Assembly (NCBI GenBank): GCA_036009625.1
Contig: DASYLJ010000101.1
Coordinates: 1,483 to 65,482, forward strand
Length of the DNA: 64,000 nucleotides
From: Candidatus Binatia bacterium
GTDB taxonomy: Bacteria > Desulfobacterota > Binatia > DP-6
Direction: 5' to 3'
Both the position numbers and the translations under genes were made by a program. Of the stretch, positions 20,611 to 32,063 are shown one piece after another. Within the stretch, counting starts at the first letter, position 1. Each line of letters starts with the position of its first letter. Below the pieces are notes generated by a model, which was not told the origin of the DNA, did not search any database, and worked only from the letters and a program-made list of their open reading frames with translations.

Positions 20611-21386
20611 CAGCTCGACGTGGCCGCGGACTCGAGGGGCAACGTGCGCGGCGCCGGCGGCGGCAAGAACAGCGCCGCGTCGATCGACGCGTTGGTCTCG
20701 ACGTCGTCGTAGGCGAGCTGGACGCTCGAGCCGACGACCGGCGCCGTCACCGCGAGCGCGTGCGGGAAGCCGTCGCGATAGTCGTCGAAGGCGACGGTGA
20801 GCACCGTCGATTCGCCCCGATGCTCTTCTGCGCGACGCAGGTCGAGCGTGTCGCCGGCGAACCACAGGGTCTGCACGCCACCGTCGAACGTGATCGTCAG
20901 GCGATACTCGTCGTTGGCGACGACCGCGATCTCCGGATCACCGGATGGCACGCGCGCCGGCGCCATGCCGAGGAGGATGTCGACGAGGTCGGTGACCTCG
21001 ACCGGTGCGCCGAGAAAGCGCGACAGGTTCTCGGGGCTCGATGCGCCCTCGAACCGCACGCCCTGCGCCGGCGGATACACCCACAGCCGGTCCGCGCTGG
21101 CGCCGAGCGCGAGCGCGAGCCCGAACGGCGACAGCACATCGACGCGGACGTCACTCGGACGGCGCACCAGCACCGCCTCGCGCGTCCACATGCCCGCGAG
21201 CCCGGCCTTCAGACGCGCGCGCGCGCGAAGCGACGTCACCGCCGCGCGACGCTCGGTCATGCGGGTGACGAGCTCCTCCGCCGTGACACCGGTGCGGAAC
21301 GCTCCCGGCCCGCCGCGGAAGAGCGAGCACCCCGCGACCAGGACCAATGCGACGAGCCAGCCGTGCCGGCGCGGGCGGCCCACCAT
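20610..21386 (-). CDS. outer-membrane lipoprotein, LolB/DUF4292-like (tentative)
   Basis: Lipobox LVLVAGC|S at the N-terminus and about 250 aa rich in beta-strand pattern. The family call is tentative. Its stop overlaps the oppD-like ATG by 1 nt. Confidence 0.6.
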
Positions 21387-21389
21387 GCC

Positions 21390-23138
21390 TCAGAGCCGGG
21401 AGCCGCCCGCTTGCACGGCTCCGCCAAGCGTCTGGATCTTCCCCTTGAGGCGCTCGATCTGCTCGGTCTCCTTGGCGCGACCGAGCGCATCGCGGTAGAC
21501 GCGCAGCGCTGCTTCCGTCTGACCGGAGCGCTGGTAGGCGTCGCCCAGATGCTCGACGATCGTCGGATCCTCGCCGGCGAGCTCGACGGCGCGCTCGAGG
21601 TGCTCCACCGCCTTCGGGTAGTCACCGCGCTGGTAGTACACCCAGCCGAGGCTGTCGATGTAAATGCCGTCCTCGGGCTCGAGCTCGAGGGCACGACGGA
21701 TGAGCTTCTCCGCCTCGTCGAGATTGATGCCGAGATCGGCGTAGGTGTAGCCGAGGTAGTTGAGCGCGGCGGCGTTGCGCGGGTTGATCGCGATCGCGCG
21801 CTGCATCTCCTCGATCGCCTTGTCCTTGTTCTTGACCTCGTCGTAGGCGGCACCGAGCGTGAAGCGGTAGCGGTCGTTGTCGGGCGCCGTCGCGACCATC
21901 TGCTCCAGCACGACGACCGCGCCCTCGTAGTTCTTCTGCTCACGGTAGAGCGACGCCAGGTAGCTCATCAGCTCGGGATTGCCCGGCTTCACCTCGAGCG
22001 CGGTCTCGACTTCCTTCACGGCGCCGGGAAGGTTGTCCTTCTGCATGAGGTACGCCCGACGCAGACGCGCGTCGACGTAGTACTCCGACTCGGGCGGAAT
22101 CTCGCCGAAGCCCTCGATGGCACGATCGTCCTCGCCGAGCTCGGCGTACACGGCGGCGAGGTAGTAGCGCACGCGCGTGTTCTCGGGCTCGGACGCCAGC
22201 ACCAGGTTGAACTCGGTGGCGGCGCGATCGAGCTCGCCCTTCTCGAAGTAGATGAGACCGATCTTGGTGCGCGCCTCGCGCGGGTCGGCGTCGACCTTCT
22301 CGAGCTCGCGGAACTGCGCCAGCGCCTCGTCGAGCTTCTTCTGCCCGACGTAGATGCCACCGAGGCGCCGTCGCACCATGATGCTCTGCGGGTTGAGCGC
22401 CAGGATGCGCTCGTAGAGCTCGACGGCCTTCGGCGTACGCCCCTGCAGCTCGTAGGCGACGGCGAGGTCGGTGAGGATGAGCTCGGACTGAGGGCTCAGC
22501 TTGAGCGCCTCGAGGTAGTACTTCTCGGCCTGGTCGAGCTGACCCGCCGCCGCATGGACCCGACCGAGATAGTAGTAGCCGAGGATCGAGCCCGGGTTCT
22601 TGAAGATCAGGCGGCGCAGCGTCGCGACGGCGCGGTCGGTGTCGCCGCGCTTGCCATAGAGCGCACCCAGATAGAGGTATGCCTCCTGCCCGTCGGGGTC
22701 GGCGTTGAGCATGCGCTCGTACGCCGCCACCGCCTCGTCGTCGCGCCCCATCGACGACAGGACGCCGGCATAGAGCGCGAGCGCCTCCATGTTGTCCGGC
22801 TCGGCAGTGACGACGACCTGGCACTGCTCGAGCGCAAGCTGCAGCTGGCCGGTGCGGACGTAGAGGTTCGCGAGACGCAGCCGCAGGATGGACGCACCCG
22901 GATCGGCGGCGACGGCGCGCTGGAACGCCGCAATGGCCGTCGGCACGTCGTTGCGCTGCAACGCCACCTGCCCGACCAGGAAGTCGCCCATGGCGCTGGC
23001 TTCCGTCGGAAGGTCGTTCGCGCCCTTGGCAGGCGCGCGTCCATCGAGGACGTCGCCTTTCCACCCCTTCCGCATCCCTGCGCACCCGCTCGCCGCCACG
23101 AGGGCGAGCACACATACGGCAGCCGTGCGGGTACTCAT
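21390..23138 (-). CDS. TPR-repeat lipoprotein
   Basis: From ATG 23138: MSTRTAAVCVLALVAASGC (lipobox), then at least 12 canonical TPR units (...A...F..AL..DP....A...LG..Y...G....A...). The upper ORF part (to 23456) is probably not translated. Confidence 0.8.
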   Translation of the reverse strand: MSTRTAAVCVLALVAASGCAGMRKGWKGDVLDGRAPAKGANDLPTEASAMGDFLVGQVALQRNDVPTAIAAFQRAVAADPGASILRLRLANLYVRTGQLQLALEQCQVVVTAEPDNMEALALYAGVLSSMGRDDEAVAAYERMLNADPDGQEAYLYLGALYGKRGDTDRAVATLRRLIFKNPGSILGYYYLGRVHAAAGQLDQAEKYYLEALKLSPQSELILTDLAVAYELQGRTPKAVELYERILALNPQSIMVRRRLGGIYVGQKKLDEALAQFRELEKVDADPREARTKIGLIYFEKGELDRAATEFNLVLASEPENTRVRYYLAAVYAELGEDDRAIEGFGEIPPESEYYVDARLRRAYLMQKDNLPGAVKEVETALEVKPGNPELMSYLASLYREQKNYEGAVVVLEQMVATAPDNDRYRFTLGAAYDEVKNKDKAIEEMQRAIAINPRNAAALNYLGYTYADLGINLDEAEKLIRRALELEPEDGIYIDSLGWVYYQRGDYPKAVEHLERAVELAGEDPTIVEHLGDAYQRSGQTEAALRVYRDALGRAKETEQIERLKGKIQTLGGAVQAGGSRL

Positions 23139-23194
23139 GAACTTCTCTCGTGTACCATGACCAAGGGGTCTCGGAAACGCAAACATCATGCCGC

Positions 23195-23659
23195 TCAACG
23201 CACCGCTTTCCGGCGTGTTTTGCTGCGCGTCGCCGGTACCGGCGGACCACCCTGCTGCTCGCCGATCCAGACCGTGCCGCCGCGGAAGTGCTCCTTCTTC
23301 CAGATCGGCACGATCTCCTTCAGACGATCGATCAGCCAGTGACACGCCTCGAACGCCTCCGTGCGATGACCGGCGCTGACGGCGATGCCGACGCTGCTCT
23401 CGCCCACCGGCACGACGCCGATCCGGTGCACCATCGCCACGCGCGTGAGCGGCCATCGACGGCGCGCCTGCGTCGCGAGCTTCCGCATCTCCTTCGTCGC
23501 CATGCCGGCGAATGCCTCGTACTCGAGACGGACGACCCGTCGACCGACGTTCTCGTTGCGGGTCGTGCCGAGGAACAGCACTGATGCACCGGCCGACGGA
23601 TCGCCGACGGCGGCGAGAAGGCGCATCGGGTCGATCGCGTCGTCGATGATCTCGAACAC
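23195..23659 (-). CDS. moaE: molybdopterin synthase catalytic subunit MoaE
   Basis: From GTG 23659: VFEIIDDAIDPMRLLAAV...VLFLGTTRNE...VRLEYEAFAGMA...VHRIGVVPVGESSVGIAVSAGHR.EAFEAC.WLIDRLKEIVPIWKKE. Confidence 0.85.
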   Translation of the reverse strand: MFEIIDDAIDPMRLLAAVGDPSAGASVLFLGTTRNENVGRRVVRLEYEAFAGMATKEMRKLATQARRRWPLTRVAMVHRIGVVPVGESSVGIAVSAGHRTEAFEACHWLIDRLKEIVPIWKKEHFRGGTVWIGEQQGGPPVPATRSKTRRKAVR

Positions 23660-23660
23660 G

Positions 23661-23900
23661 TCAGCATCCCCCGCTGACGGGTGGAAAGACGGCCAGCTCG
23701 TCGCCGTCGGCGAGGACGTGGTCGGCGTCGACGTAGCGTTCGTCGACGGCGAAGCGCACGCGCACACGGGCGACGGCGGGATGCTCGCGCACCAGCGTGC
23801 TCCACAACGCGCCGGCCGTCGTGCCATCGCGCACGGCGCGTTCGTCCGCCGTGCCGAGGGCCTCGCGCAGCGACGCGAAGTAGCGCAGGCGCACGCGCAC
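23661..23900 (-). CDS. moaD: molybdopterin synthase sulfur-carrier subunit MoaD, ending in GG-Cys
   Basis: From GTG 23900: VRVRLRYFASLREALG...DGDELAVFPPVSGGC*. ThiS/MoaD beta-grasp pattern, with one extra Cys after the di-glycine. It is flanked by moaB and moaE. Confidence 0.75.
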   Translation of the reverse strand: MRVRLRYFASLREALGTADERAVRDGTTAGALWSTLVREHPAVARVRVRFAVDERYVDADHVLADGDELAVFPPVSGGC

Positions 23901-23901
23901 G

Positions 23902-24402
23902 TCAGCCTCGGACGAGCCGCACCATGTGACCGAGCTCGGGCACCAGGAGCCGGCTGAGCGCCAGCTCGACGGCACCCGTCGAGCCGGGCAGCGACGCCAC
24001 GATGGTACGGCCGGCGACGCCGGCCACCGCGCGCGAAAGCATGGCGGCGGGACCGATCTCGGCGAACGAGAGCGATCGGAACAGCTCGCCGAAGCCGTCG
24101 ATGCGCTTGTCGAGCAGCGCCGCCACGGCCTCGTACGTCGTGTCGCGCGGCGCCAGACCGGTGCCGCCATTGACGACGATCACCTCGACGTCGGCGTCGG
24201 CCAGCAGCTCGGTGACACGGTCGCGCACCAGCGTGGGCTCGTCGGGCAGGATCGAGTACGCGACGACACGGTGCCCCGCGGCTTCGAGCAGCTCGCGGCT
24301 CCGTCGCCCGCTACCGTCCGTCTCCGGCGTGCGCGTGTCGCTCACCGTCAGGATGGCACAGCCCACCGTGCGTTGGCCGGCGTGATGTCCGTGCGCGCTC
24401 AT
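23902..24402 (-). CDS. moaB: molybdenum cofactor biosynthesis protein B (MoaB/MogA family)
   Basis: From ATG 24402: ...CAILTVSDTRT...VNGGTGLAPRDTTYEAV...PGSTGAVELAL... ATGA overlap with the upstream Zn-ribbon ORF. Confidence 0.85.
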   Translation of the reverse strand: MSAHGHHAGQRTVGCAILTVSDTRTPETDGSGRRSRELLEAAGHRVVAYSILPDEPTLVRDRVTELLADADVEVIVVNGGTGLAPRDTTYEAVAALLDKRIDGFGELFRSLSFAEIGPAAMLSRAVAGVAGRTIVASLPGSTGAVELALSRLLVPELGHMVRLVRG

Positions 24403-24647
24403 CGCGGCGCCAGCGGCTCCATCTTCGTGGCGCAGGAGCTGCCGCACACCTGGCAGACGTACTCGTGCTTCTCACCATCGAGCAGGACGAGCAGCAGGCG
24501 CTTGCGTACGGGCTTCGCCTCCCGACACCGGGGACAGAACAACAGGCTCGCCTCGAGGGAGCCATATGCGTCGGGCTGCTGCCGACGGCGCGGGGGACCG
24601 CCACCCAGCATGTCGCGGAATCTAGCCGGCCCACACAGGAGCGGCAA
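24399..24647 (-). CDS. small zinc-ribbon protein (CxxC...CxxC), function unknown
   Basis: ...FCPRCREAKPV...YVCQVCGSSC...; GC3-rich frame. Its stop is coupled to the moaB ATG (ATGA). The start is uncertain (24647 or ATG 24611). Confidence 0.55.
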   Translation of the reverse strand: MPLLCGPARFRDMLGGGPPRRRQQPDAYGSLEASLLFCPRCREAKPVRKRLLLVLLDGEKHEYVCQVCGSSCATKMEPLAPR

Positions 24648-24691
24648 TCGGGTTGCGCGTCCGGAACCCCCCGGTTAAGACTCCGCGCGCG

Positions 24692-25996
24692 GTGCGGACG
24701 GTCTACATCGAAACGTACGGCTGCCAGATGAACGTGGCCGACACCGAGCTCATCCTGGGCAGCCTGGGCTCGCACGGCTGGACCCGGGTGGAGCAGCCGG
24801 AGGCGGCCGACGTCATTCTGCTCAACACGTGCGCCATCCGCGAGCACGCCGAGTCGCGCGTCATCGGTCGCATCACCGACCTCGCGCGCCACAAGGCGGC
24901 CCGACCGAGCGTCCGCATCGGCATCACCGGGTGCATGGCGCAGCATCTCCGCGGCTCGCTGCGCGAACGGGCACCGCAGGTTGACCTCTTGGTTGGCCCC
25001 GATGGCTACCGTCACCTGCCCGTGCTGCTGGCCGAGCACGGCACCGATCCGCACCTCGGTCTGCGACTCGACCCCAGCGAAACCTACGCCGACCTGCCCG
25101 TGACGCGAGCCCCCGGCGTGCGCGCCTGGGTGACGGTCATGCGCGGCTGCGACCGATTCTGCACCTTCTGCATCGTGCCCTACGTGCGCGGCCGCGAGCG
25201 CAGCCTTCCCGGTCCGGTGCTGTTGGCCGACGTCGAGCAGCTGGCGCGCCAGGGCGTGCGCGAGATCGTCTTCCTCGGACAGACCGTCAACGCCTACCGG
25301 CACGACGACTGGGACTTCGCGCGCCTACTGCGCGCGACCGCCGCCGTCCCAGGCATCGCGCGCGTCCGTTTCACGTCGCCGCACCCCGCCGAGATGGCAC
25401 CGGCCCTGATCGACGCCATGCGCGAGTGCCCCGAGGTGTCGCCGCAGCTCCACCTGCCGCTGCAGTCCGGCTCCGACCGCATCCTCGACCGCATGGCGCG
25501 CGACTACTCCGTCGCCGAGTTCGAGGAGCTGGTGGGCCGTCTGCGCGACCAGGTGCAGGGCATCGCCCTCTCCACCGACGTCATCGTCGGCTTCCCCGAC
25601 GAGGACGACACCGACTTCGAGGCCACCGAAGCGCTCATGCGTCGCGTGCGCTTCGACTCGGCGTTCCTCTTCAAGTACTCGCCGCGGGAGGGCACGCGCG
25701 CCTTCCGCTGGGACGACAGCGTCCCCGAGGCCGAGAAGACGGTGCGCCTCGATCGTCTGATCGCGCTCCAGGAGACGATCAGCGCCGAGATCAACCGCAC
25801 GCTCGTGGGCTGCGACGTCGACGTCCTGGTCGAGGGACCGGCGCGTCGTCCCGAGGGCTGGATGCTCGGCAAGACGCCCCAATTCAAGACGGTCGTGTTC
25901 CCCGGACCCGCGGCGCCGGCATCGATGGTGCGGGTGCGCATCGAGGGCGCGACGTCGCACACGCTGACGGGGCGACCCGTGGGAGATCAGGCATGA
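24692..25996 (+). CDS. miaB: tRNA-i6A37 methylthiotransferase MiaB
   Basis: VRTVYIETYGCQMNVADTE aligns with the E. coli MiaB N-terminus. It also has the radical-SAM CDRFCTFCIVP motif and a TRAM C-terminus. GTG 24692 is preferred; the ORF opens at TTG 24653. Confidence 0.9.
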   Translation: MRTVYIETYGCQMNVADTELILGSLGSHGWTRVEQPEAADVILLNTCAIREHAESRVIGRITDLARHKAARPSVRIGITGCMAQHLRGSLRERAPQVDLLVGPDGYRHLPVLLAEHGTDPHLGLRLDPSETYADLPVTRAPGVRAWVTVMRGCDRFCTFCIVPYVRGRERSLPGPVLLADVEQLARQGVREIVFLGQTVNAYRHDDWDFARLLRATAAVPGIARVRFTSPHPAEMAPALIDAMRECPEVSPQLHLPLQSGSDRILDRMARDYSVAEFEELVGRLRDQVQGIALSTDVIVGFPDEDDTDFEATEALMRRVRFDSAFLFKYSPREGTRAFRWDDSVPEAEKTVRLDRLIALQETISAEINRTLVGCDVDVLVEGPARRPEGWMLGKTPQFKTVVFPGPAAPASMVRVRIEGATSHTLTGRPVGDQA

Positions 25997-26412
25997 ACGG
26001 ACGCATCGTGGCGGGGCTCGTCGGGCTCGGTATCGTCGCCTTCGGGTTGATGGGGCTCTTCTATCCCGTGCAGGTGATGAGCATCGCCGGCTTCTCGCCC
26101 GCGTCGGAGTCGATGCGCGCGCAGGCGTACGGCGAGACCCGCGCCATCTACGGCGGGACGTTCATCGCGCTCGGCATCTACACCATCTTCGCCGCCAGCA
26201 ATCCCATCGTGCACCGCCGGACGCTCACCATGATGGCGATGGTGTTCTTCGGCATCCTCGCCGGCCGCATGATCGGCATCTCGATCGACGGCAATCCGGG
26301 TCTGTTCGGATGGATCGGTGCCGGGCTCGAAGTGTCCACCGGCTCGCTGCTGCTCGCGTCCACGTATCTCCACCGCGTCCCCGAGGCCCTGCCGCCACCC
26401 CAGGTCGACTGA
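25993..26412 (+). CDS. small 4-TM membrane protein (DUF4345-like, tentative)
   Basis: MNGRIVAGLVGLGIVAFGLMGLF... has four hydrophobic spans. ATGA overlap with the miaB stop. It ends 11 nt before mrpA. Confidence 0.6.
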   Translation: MNGRIVAGLVGLGIVAFGLMGLFYPVQVMSIAGFSPASESMRAQAYGETRAIYGGTFIALGIYTIFAASNPIVHRRTLTMMAMVFFGILAGRMIGISIDGNPGLFGWIGAGLEVSTGSLLLASTYLHRVPEALPPPQVD

Positions 26413-26422
26413 GCGTCCCGCA

Positions 26423-28710
<2,288 letters not shown>

Positions 28711-28714
<4 letters not shown>

Positions 28715-29121
28715 AGTCACCGCTCCTCTCGACCGTCGCGCGCGTGATCCTGCCGCCGATGCTGCTGGTCGCGGCCTGGCTGCTGCTGCGCGGACACAAC
28801 CAGCCCGGTGGCGGGTTCATCGCCGGCCTGATGACGGCGGCCGCGTTCGTCCTGCAGTACGTCGCCACCGACCGGGGTCGCGCCGGCGACGCGCTGCCGT
28901 TCCGGCCGGCGCTGCTGATCCCGATCGGCCTCGCCCTCGCGACGACCACCGGTCTCGGTGCGCTGCTCGCGGGTCAGCCCTTCCTGACCAGCGCCATCGC
29001 ACACGCACACGTGCCGCTGCTCGGCGAGCTGCACCTCTCGACGGCCGTACTGTTCGACCTCGGGGTCTATCTGGTGGTCACCGGTGTCACGCTCACCATC
29101 CTGCTCGCGATCGAGGAGTGA
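28711..29121 (+). CDS. mrpB: Na+/H+ antiporter subunit B
   Basis: GTGA overlap with mrpA. ...LLLRGHNQPGGGFIAGLMTAAAFVL... is the MnhB motif. Confidence 0.85.
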
Positions 29122-29456
29122 TCGTGGAGCTCCTCGTCGCCATAGCCATCGGGAGCCTCGTCGCCGCGGGGGTGTTCCTGATCCTGCGGCCGACGGGCTT
29201 TCCCGTCGTGCTCGGGCTCGCGCTGGTGAGCCACGCCGTGAATCTCCTGCTCGTGTCGATGGGACGCGTGCGCCTCGGCAGCCCGCCGCTGGTCGCGGAC
29301 GGCACGACGGCGACTGCGGACCCGTTGGCACAGGCACTCGTGCTCACCGCCATCGTCATCTCCTTCGGCATGACGGCGTTCCTCCTGGTGCTGGCGTATC
29401 GCGGCTATCAGCGGGCGGGCACCGAGAGCGTCGATCTGGAGATCGAGCATGGCTGA
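29118..29456 (+). CDS. mrpC: Na+/H+ antiporter subunit C (NuoK-like)
   Basis: GTGA overlap. 112 aa with 3 TM segments, ...GLALVSHAVNLLLV...QALVLTAIVISFGMTAFLL... Confidence 0.85.
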   Translation: MIVELLVAIAIGSLVAAGVFLILRPTGFPVVLGLALVSHAVNLLLVSMGRVRLGSPPLVADGTTATADPLAQALVLTAIVISFGMTAFLLVLAYRGYQRAGTESVDLEIEHG

Positions 29457-30942
29457 CCTCCTCGTCGCGCCGGTGCTCTGGCCGCTGGTGACGGCCATCG
29501 TCCTGCTCTCGCTCGGCGGACGGCCCGGCGTGCAGCGCCTCGTGAGTCTGGTCTCGCAGGCATGCCTGCTCGCCGTCGCGGTGGCGCTGGCGGTGGCGGT
29601 GAAGGACGGCACCGTACTGGTGCATCGGCTCGGCGGCTGGCCGGCGCCGTTCGGCATCGTGCTCGTGGCGGATCGGCTGACGGCCGTGATGCTGCTCCTG
29701 ACCGCCGTCACCGGCCTCGCGGTGCTCCTGTACGAAGCGGCGGCACCCGATCGCGAGCTCGAGCGGCTGCCGTTCTTCCCGCTCTTCCACTTCCTGCTGA
29801 TGGGGCTCGACGGCGCGTTCGTCACCGGCGACCTGTTCAATCTGTTCGTCTTCTTCGAGGTGCTGCTGATCGCGTCGTACGCCCTGGCCACGCTCGGCGC
29901 GAGCGCGCGCCAGCTGCGCGCCGGCCTGCAGTTCGTGGTCCTGAACCTGCTCAGCTCCGCGCTCTTCCTGTTCGGCGTCGGTACGCTCTACGGCCTCACC
30001 GGCACACTCAACCTGGCCGACCTCGCGGGCAAGGTGGAGGCACTCGGCAGTGCCGACGCCGGGCTGCTGCGCGTCGCCATGATGAGCCTGCTCGTGGTGT
30101 TCGCCGCCAAGGCCGCGTTGATCCCGCTCGCCTTCTGGCTGCCCGACACCTATCCGGCGCCGTCGCCGGTGGTGTCGGCCATGTTCGGCGGCATCGCCAC
30201 CAAGGTCGGCGTCTACGCGTTGCTGCGCGTGTTCACGACGGTCTTCGACTCCGTGCGCGGCCCCGGCGCCGAGGTGCTGCTCGTGCTCGGCATCGTGTCG
30301 ATGCTGGTGGGCGTGCTGGGCGCCGTCGCACAGACGGAGCTGCGCCGACTGCTGTCGTTCCACATCGTCAGCCAGATCGGCTACCTGGTGTTCGGCATCG
30401 GTCTCTTCACCATCGCCGGGGTGGGGGCCGCGATTTTCTACATGGTGCACTACACCATCGTGAAATGCGCCCTGTTCCTCCTGAGCGGCAGCGCGGAGCG
30501 TCTCGGCGGTGCGCGGGATCTAAAGCAGCTCGGCGGGCTCGCGCACCAATCGCCCGCTCTGGCCGCGCTCTTCTTCGTGGGAGCGATCTCGCTCGCCGGC
30601 CTCCCACCGACGAGCGGCTTCATGAGCAAAGCATTCCTGGCGAGCGCCGCGATCGCCGACGGACAGTGGGTGGGCGTCGTCGTGATCTTCGCCGCCGGTC
30701 TGCTGACGCTCTTCTCGATGACGAAGATCTGGACCATGGCGTTCTGGGGCGAGCCGCCGCACGCGGCCCCGCAACACGCGCCCGTCGGCATGCTGTGGGC
30801 GGCGGCACTCCTGGTGTCGTTCTCGATGACGTTGGCGCTGGCGGCCGATCCGCTCTTCCGCTTCACGCAGGCGACCGCCACGCAGCTGCTCGATCGCACC
30901 GGCTACGTCGCCGCCGTGCTCGCACCGGGAGCCCGGCCGTGA
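29449..30942 (+). CDS. mrpD: Na+/H+ antiporter subunit D (NuoN/ND2-like)
   Basis: ...AKAALIPLAFWLPDTYPAPSPVVSAMFGGIATKVGVYALLR...; 497 aa polytopic. Confidence 0.9.
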   Translation: MADLLVAPVLWPLVTAIVLLSLGGRPGVQRLVSLVSQACLLAVAVALAVAVKDGTVLVHRLGGWPAPFGIVLVADRLTAVMLLLTAVTGLAVLLYEAAAPDRELERLPFFPLFHFLLMGLDGAFVTGDLFNLFVFFEVLLIASYALATLGASARQLRAGLQFVVLNLLSSALFLFGVGTLYGLTGTLNLADLAGKVEALGSADAGLLRVAMMSLLVVFAAKAALIPLAFWLPDTYPAPSPVVSAMFGGIATKVGVYALLRVFTTVFDSVRGPGAEVLLVLGIVSMLVGVLGAVAQTELRRLLSFHIVSQIGYLVFGIGLFTIAGVGAAIFYMVHYTIVKCALFLLSGSAERLGGARDLKQLGGLAHQSPALAALFFVGAISLAGLPPTSGFMSKAFLASAAIADGQWVGVVVIFAAGLLTLFSMTKIWTMAFWGEPPHAAPQHAPVGMLWAAALLVSFSMTLALAADPLFRFTQATATQLLDRTGYVAAVLAPGARP

Positions 30943-31433
30943 GGGCGTTCCGCCATCCCGTCTATGCGGCGGTGCTGGCCGTCGCGTGGCTGGTGCTGCA
31001 GGGTCGCGTCACTGCCGGGGACTTCGTCGTCGGCTACGCCGTCGCCACCATCGTGGTGTGGCTCTGTCGCGACTTCTGGAGCGAGCGCGTCACCGTCCGC
31101 CAGCCGCTCGTCATGCTCCGCCTGGCGGCGACGTTCCTACGCGAGCTGCTGCGCGCCAACCTCCAGGTGGCGTGGATCCTCCTGCAGCCGCGTCTTCGCA
31201 TCCAGCCCGCGTTCATCGTGATCCCGCTCGAGCTACGCGACGACCTCGCCATCACCGCGCTCGCCAGCATGATCACCCTGACGCCGGGCACGCTGACCGT
31301 AGACGTCGCCCCCGATCGTTCGGCGCTCTGGGTGCACTGCCTGTCAGCCACCGACGCGGATGCGGTGCGGGCGCAGATCAAGCAGCAGTTCGAGCAGCCG
31401 CTCGTGGAGGGCATCGAATGCTCGCCGCTGTGA
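30939..31433 (+). CDS. mrpE: Na+/H+ antiporter subunit E
   Basis: GTGA overlap. Tail of ORF 29562..31433: ...LRELLRANLQVAWILLQPRLRIQPAFIVIPLELRDDLAITALASMITLTPGTL... is MnhE-like. Confidence 0.8.
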   Translation: MRAFRHPVYAAVLAVAWLVLQGRVTAGDFVVGYAVATIVVWLCRDFWSERVTVRQPLVMLRLAATFLRELLRANLQVAWILLQPRLRIQPAFIVIPLELRDDLAITALASMITLTPGTLTVDVAPDRSALWVHCLSATDADAVRAQIKQQFEQPLVEGIECSPL

Positions 31434-31687
31434 CGTCGGTGGCCATGGCCGGGCTCGGCATCTCGCTGGCGCTCTGTCTCTGGCGACTCGTCGTCGGGCC
31501 CGACGTCGTCGACCGGTTGCTCGCGCTCGACACCATCACCGTCAACGTGGTCGCACTCCTGGTGGTGCTGTCGATCCACCTGCGCACCGACGTCTACCTG
31601 GAAGCCGTCATCGTGCTGGCGCTGCTGGGCTTCGTCGGAACGGTGGCGGTCGCCAAGGCCCTCATGCGGGGACGAATCATTGACTGA
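31418..31687 (+). CDS. mrpF: Na+/H+ antiporter subunit F
   Basis: MLAAVTSVAMAGLGISLALCLWRLVVGPDVVDRLLALDTITVNVVALL... is MnhF-like, 89 aa. Confidence 0.8.
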   Translation: MLAAVTSVAMAGLGISLALCLWRLVVGPDVVDRLLALDTITVNVVALLVVLSIHLRTDVYLEAVIVLALLGFVGTVAVAKALMRGRIID

Positions 31688-32051
31688 CGTCCTGGCGAGC
31701 CTCCTCCTCCTCACCGGCCTTGCCTTCACGCTGGTCGGCTCGCTCGGTCTGGTGCGCCTGCCGGACGTCTACACGCGCATCCACGCGCCCACGAAGGCGA
31801 CCACCCTCGGCCTCACCTGCCTCCTCGCCGCCGCCGCCCTCACCCTCCCCGGCAATCACCTGGCCATCGCCATGAAGGCCCTCCTCGTCGTCATCTTCCT
31901 CTTCCTGACCGCCCCCATAGCCGCCCAAACCCTGGCCCACACTGCCCGCGCCACCGGCATACGGCCAACCCCAATGACCCACATCGACGAACTACCCCCA
32001 CCCACCATCGAACGAGCCGGGCTCGACCCGGCACACCCCGGACCCGACTAG
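31680..32051 (+). CDS. mrpG: Na+/H+ antiporter subunit G
   Basis: TTG start overlapping the mrpF end. ...GSLGLVRLPDVYTRIHAPTKATTLG... is the MnhG motif. Confidence 0.85.
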   Translation: MTDVLASLLLLTGLAFTLVGSLGLVRLPDVYTRIHAPTKATTLGLTCLLAAAALTLPGNHLAIAMKALLVVIFLFLTAPIAAQTLAHTARATGIRPTPMTHIDELPPPTIERAGLDPAHPGPD

Positions 32052-32063
32052 GCCCTGTCCCGG

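Noticed and set aside
20760-23342. 860-aa plus-strand ORF antisense to the TPR and LolB-like lipoprotein genes
   Set aside because: The same artefact class. The opposite strand encodes textbook TPR repeats with lipobox signal peptides.
24648-24691. Moco riboswitch upstream of the moa operon
   Set aside because: The divergent spacer to miaB is about 45 nt, far too short, and no conserved Moco-motif sequence was seen.
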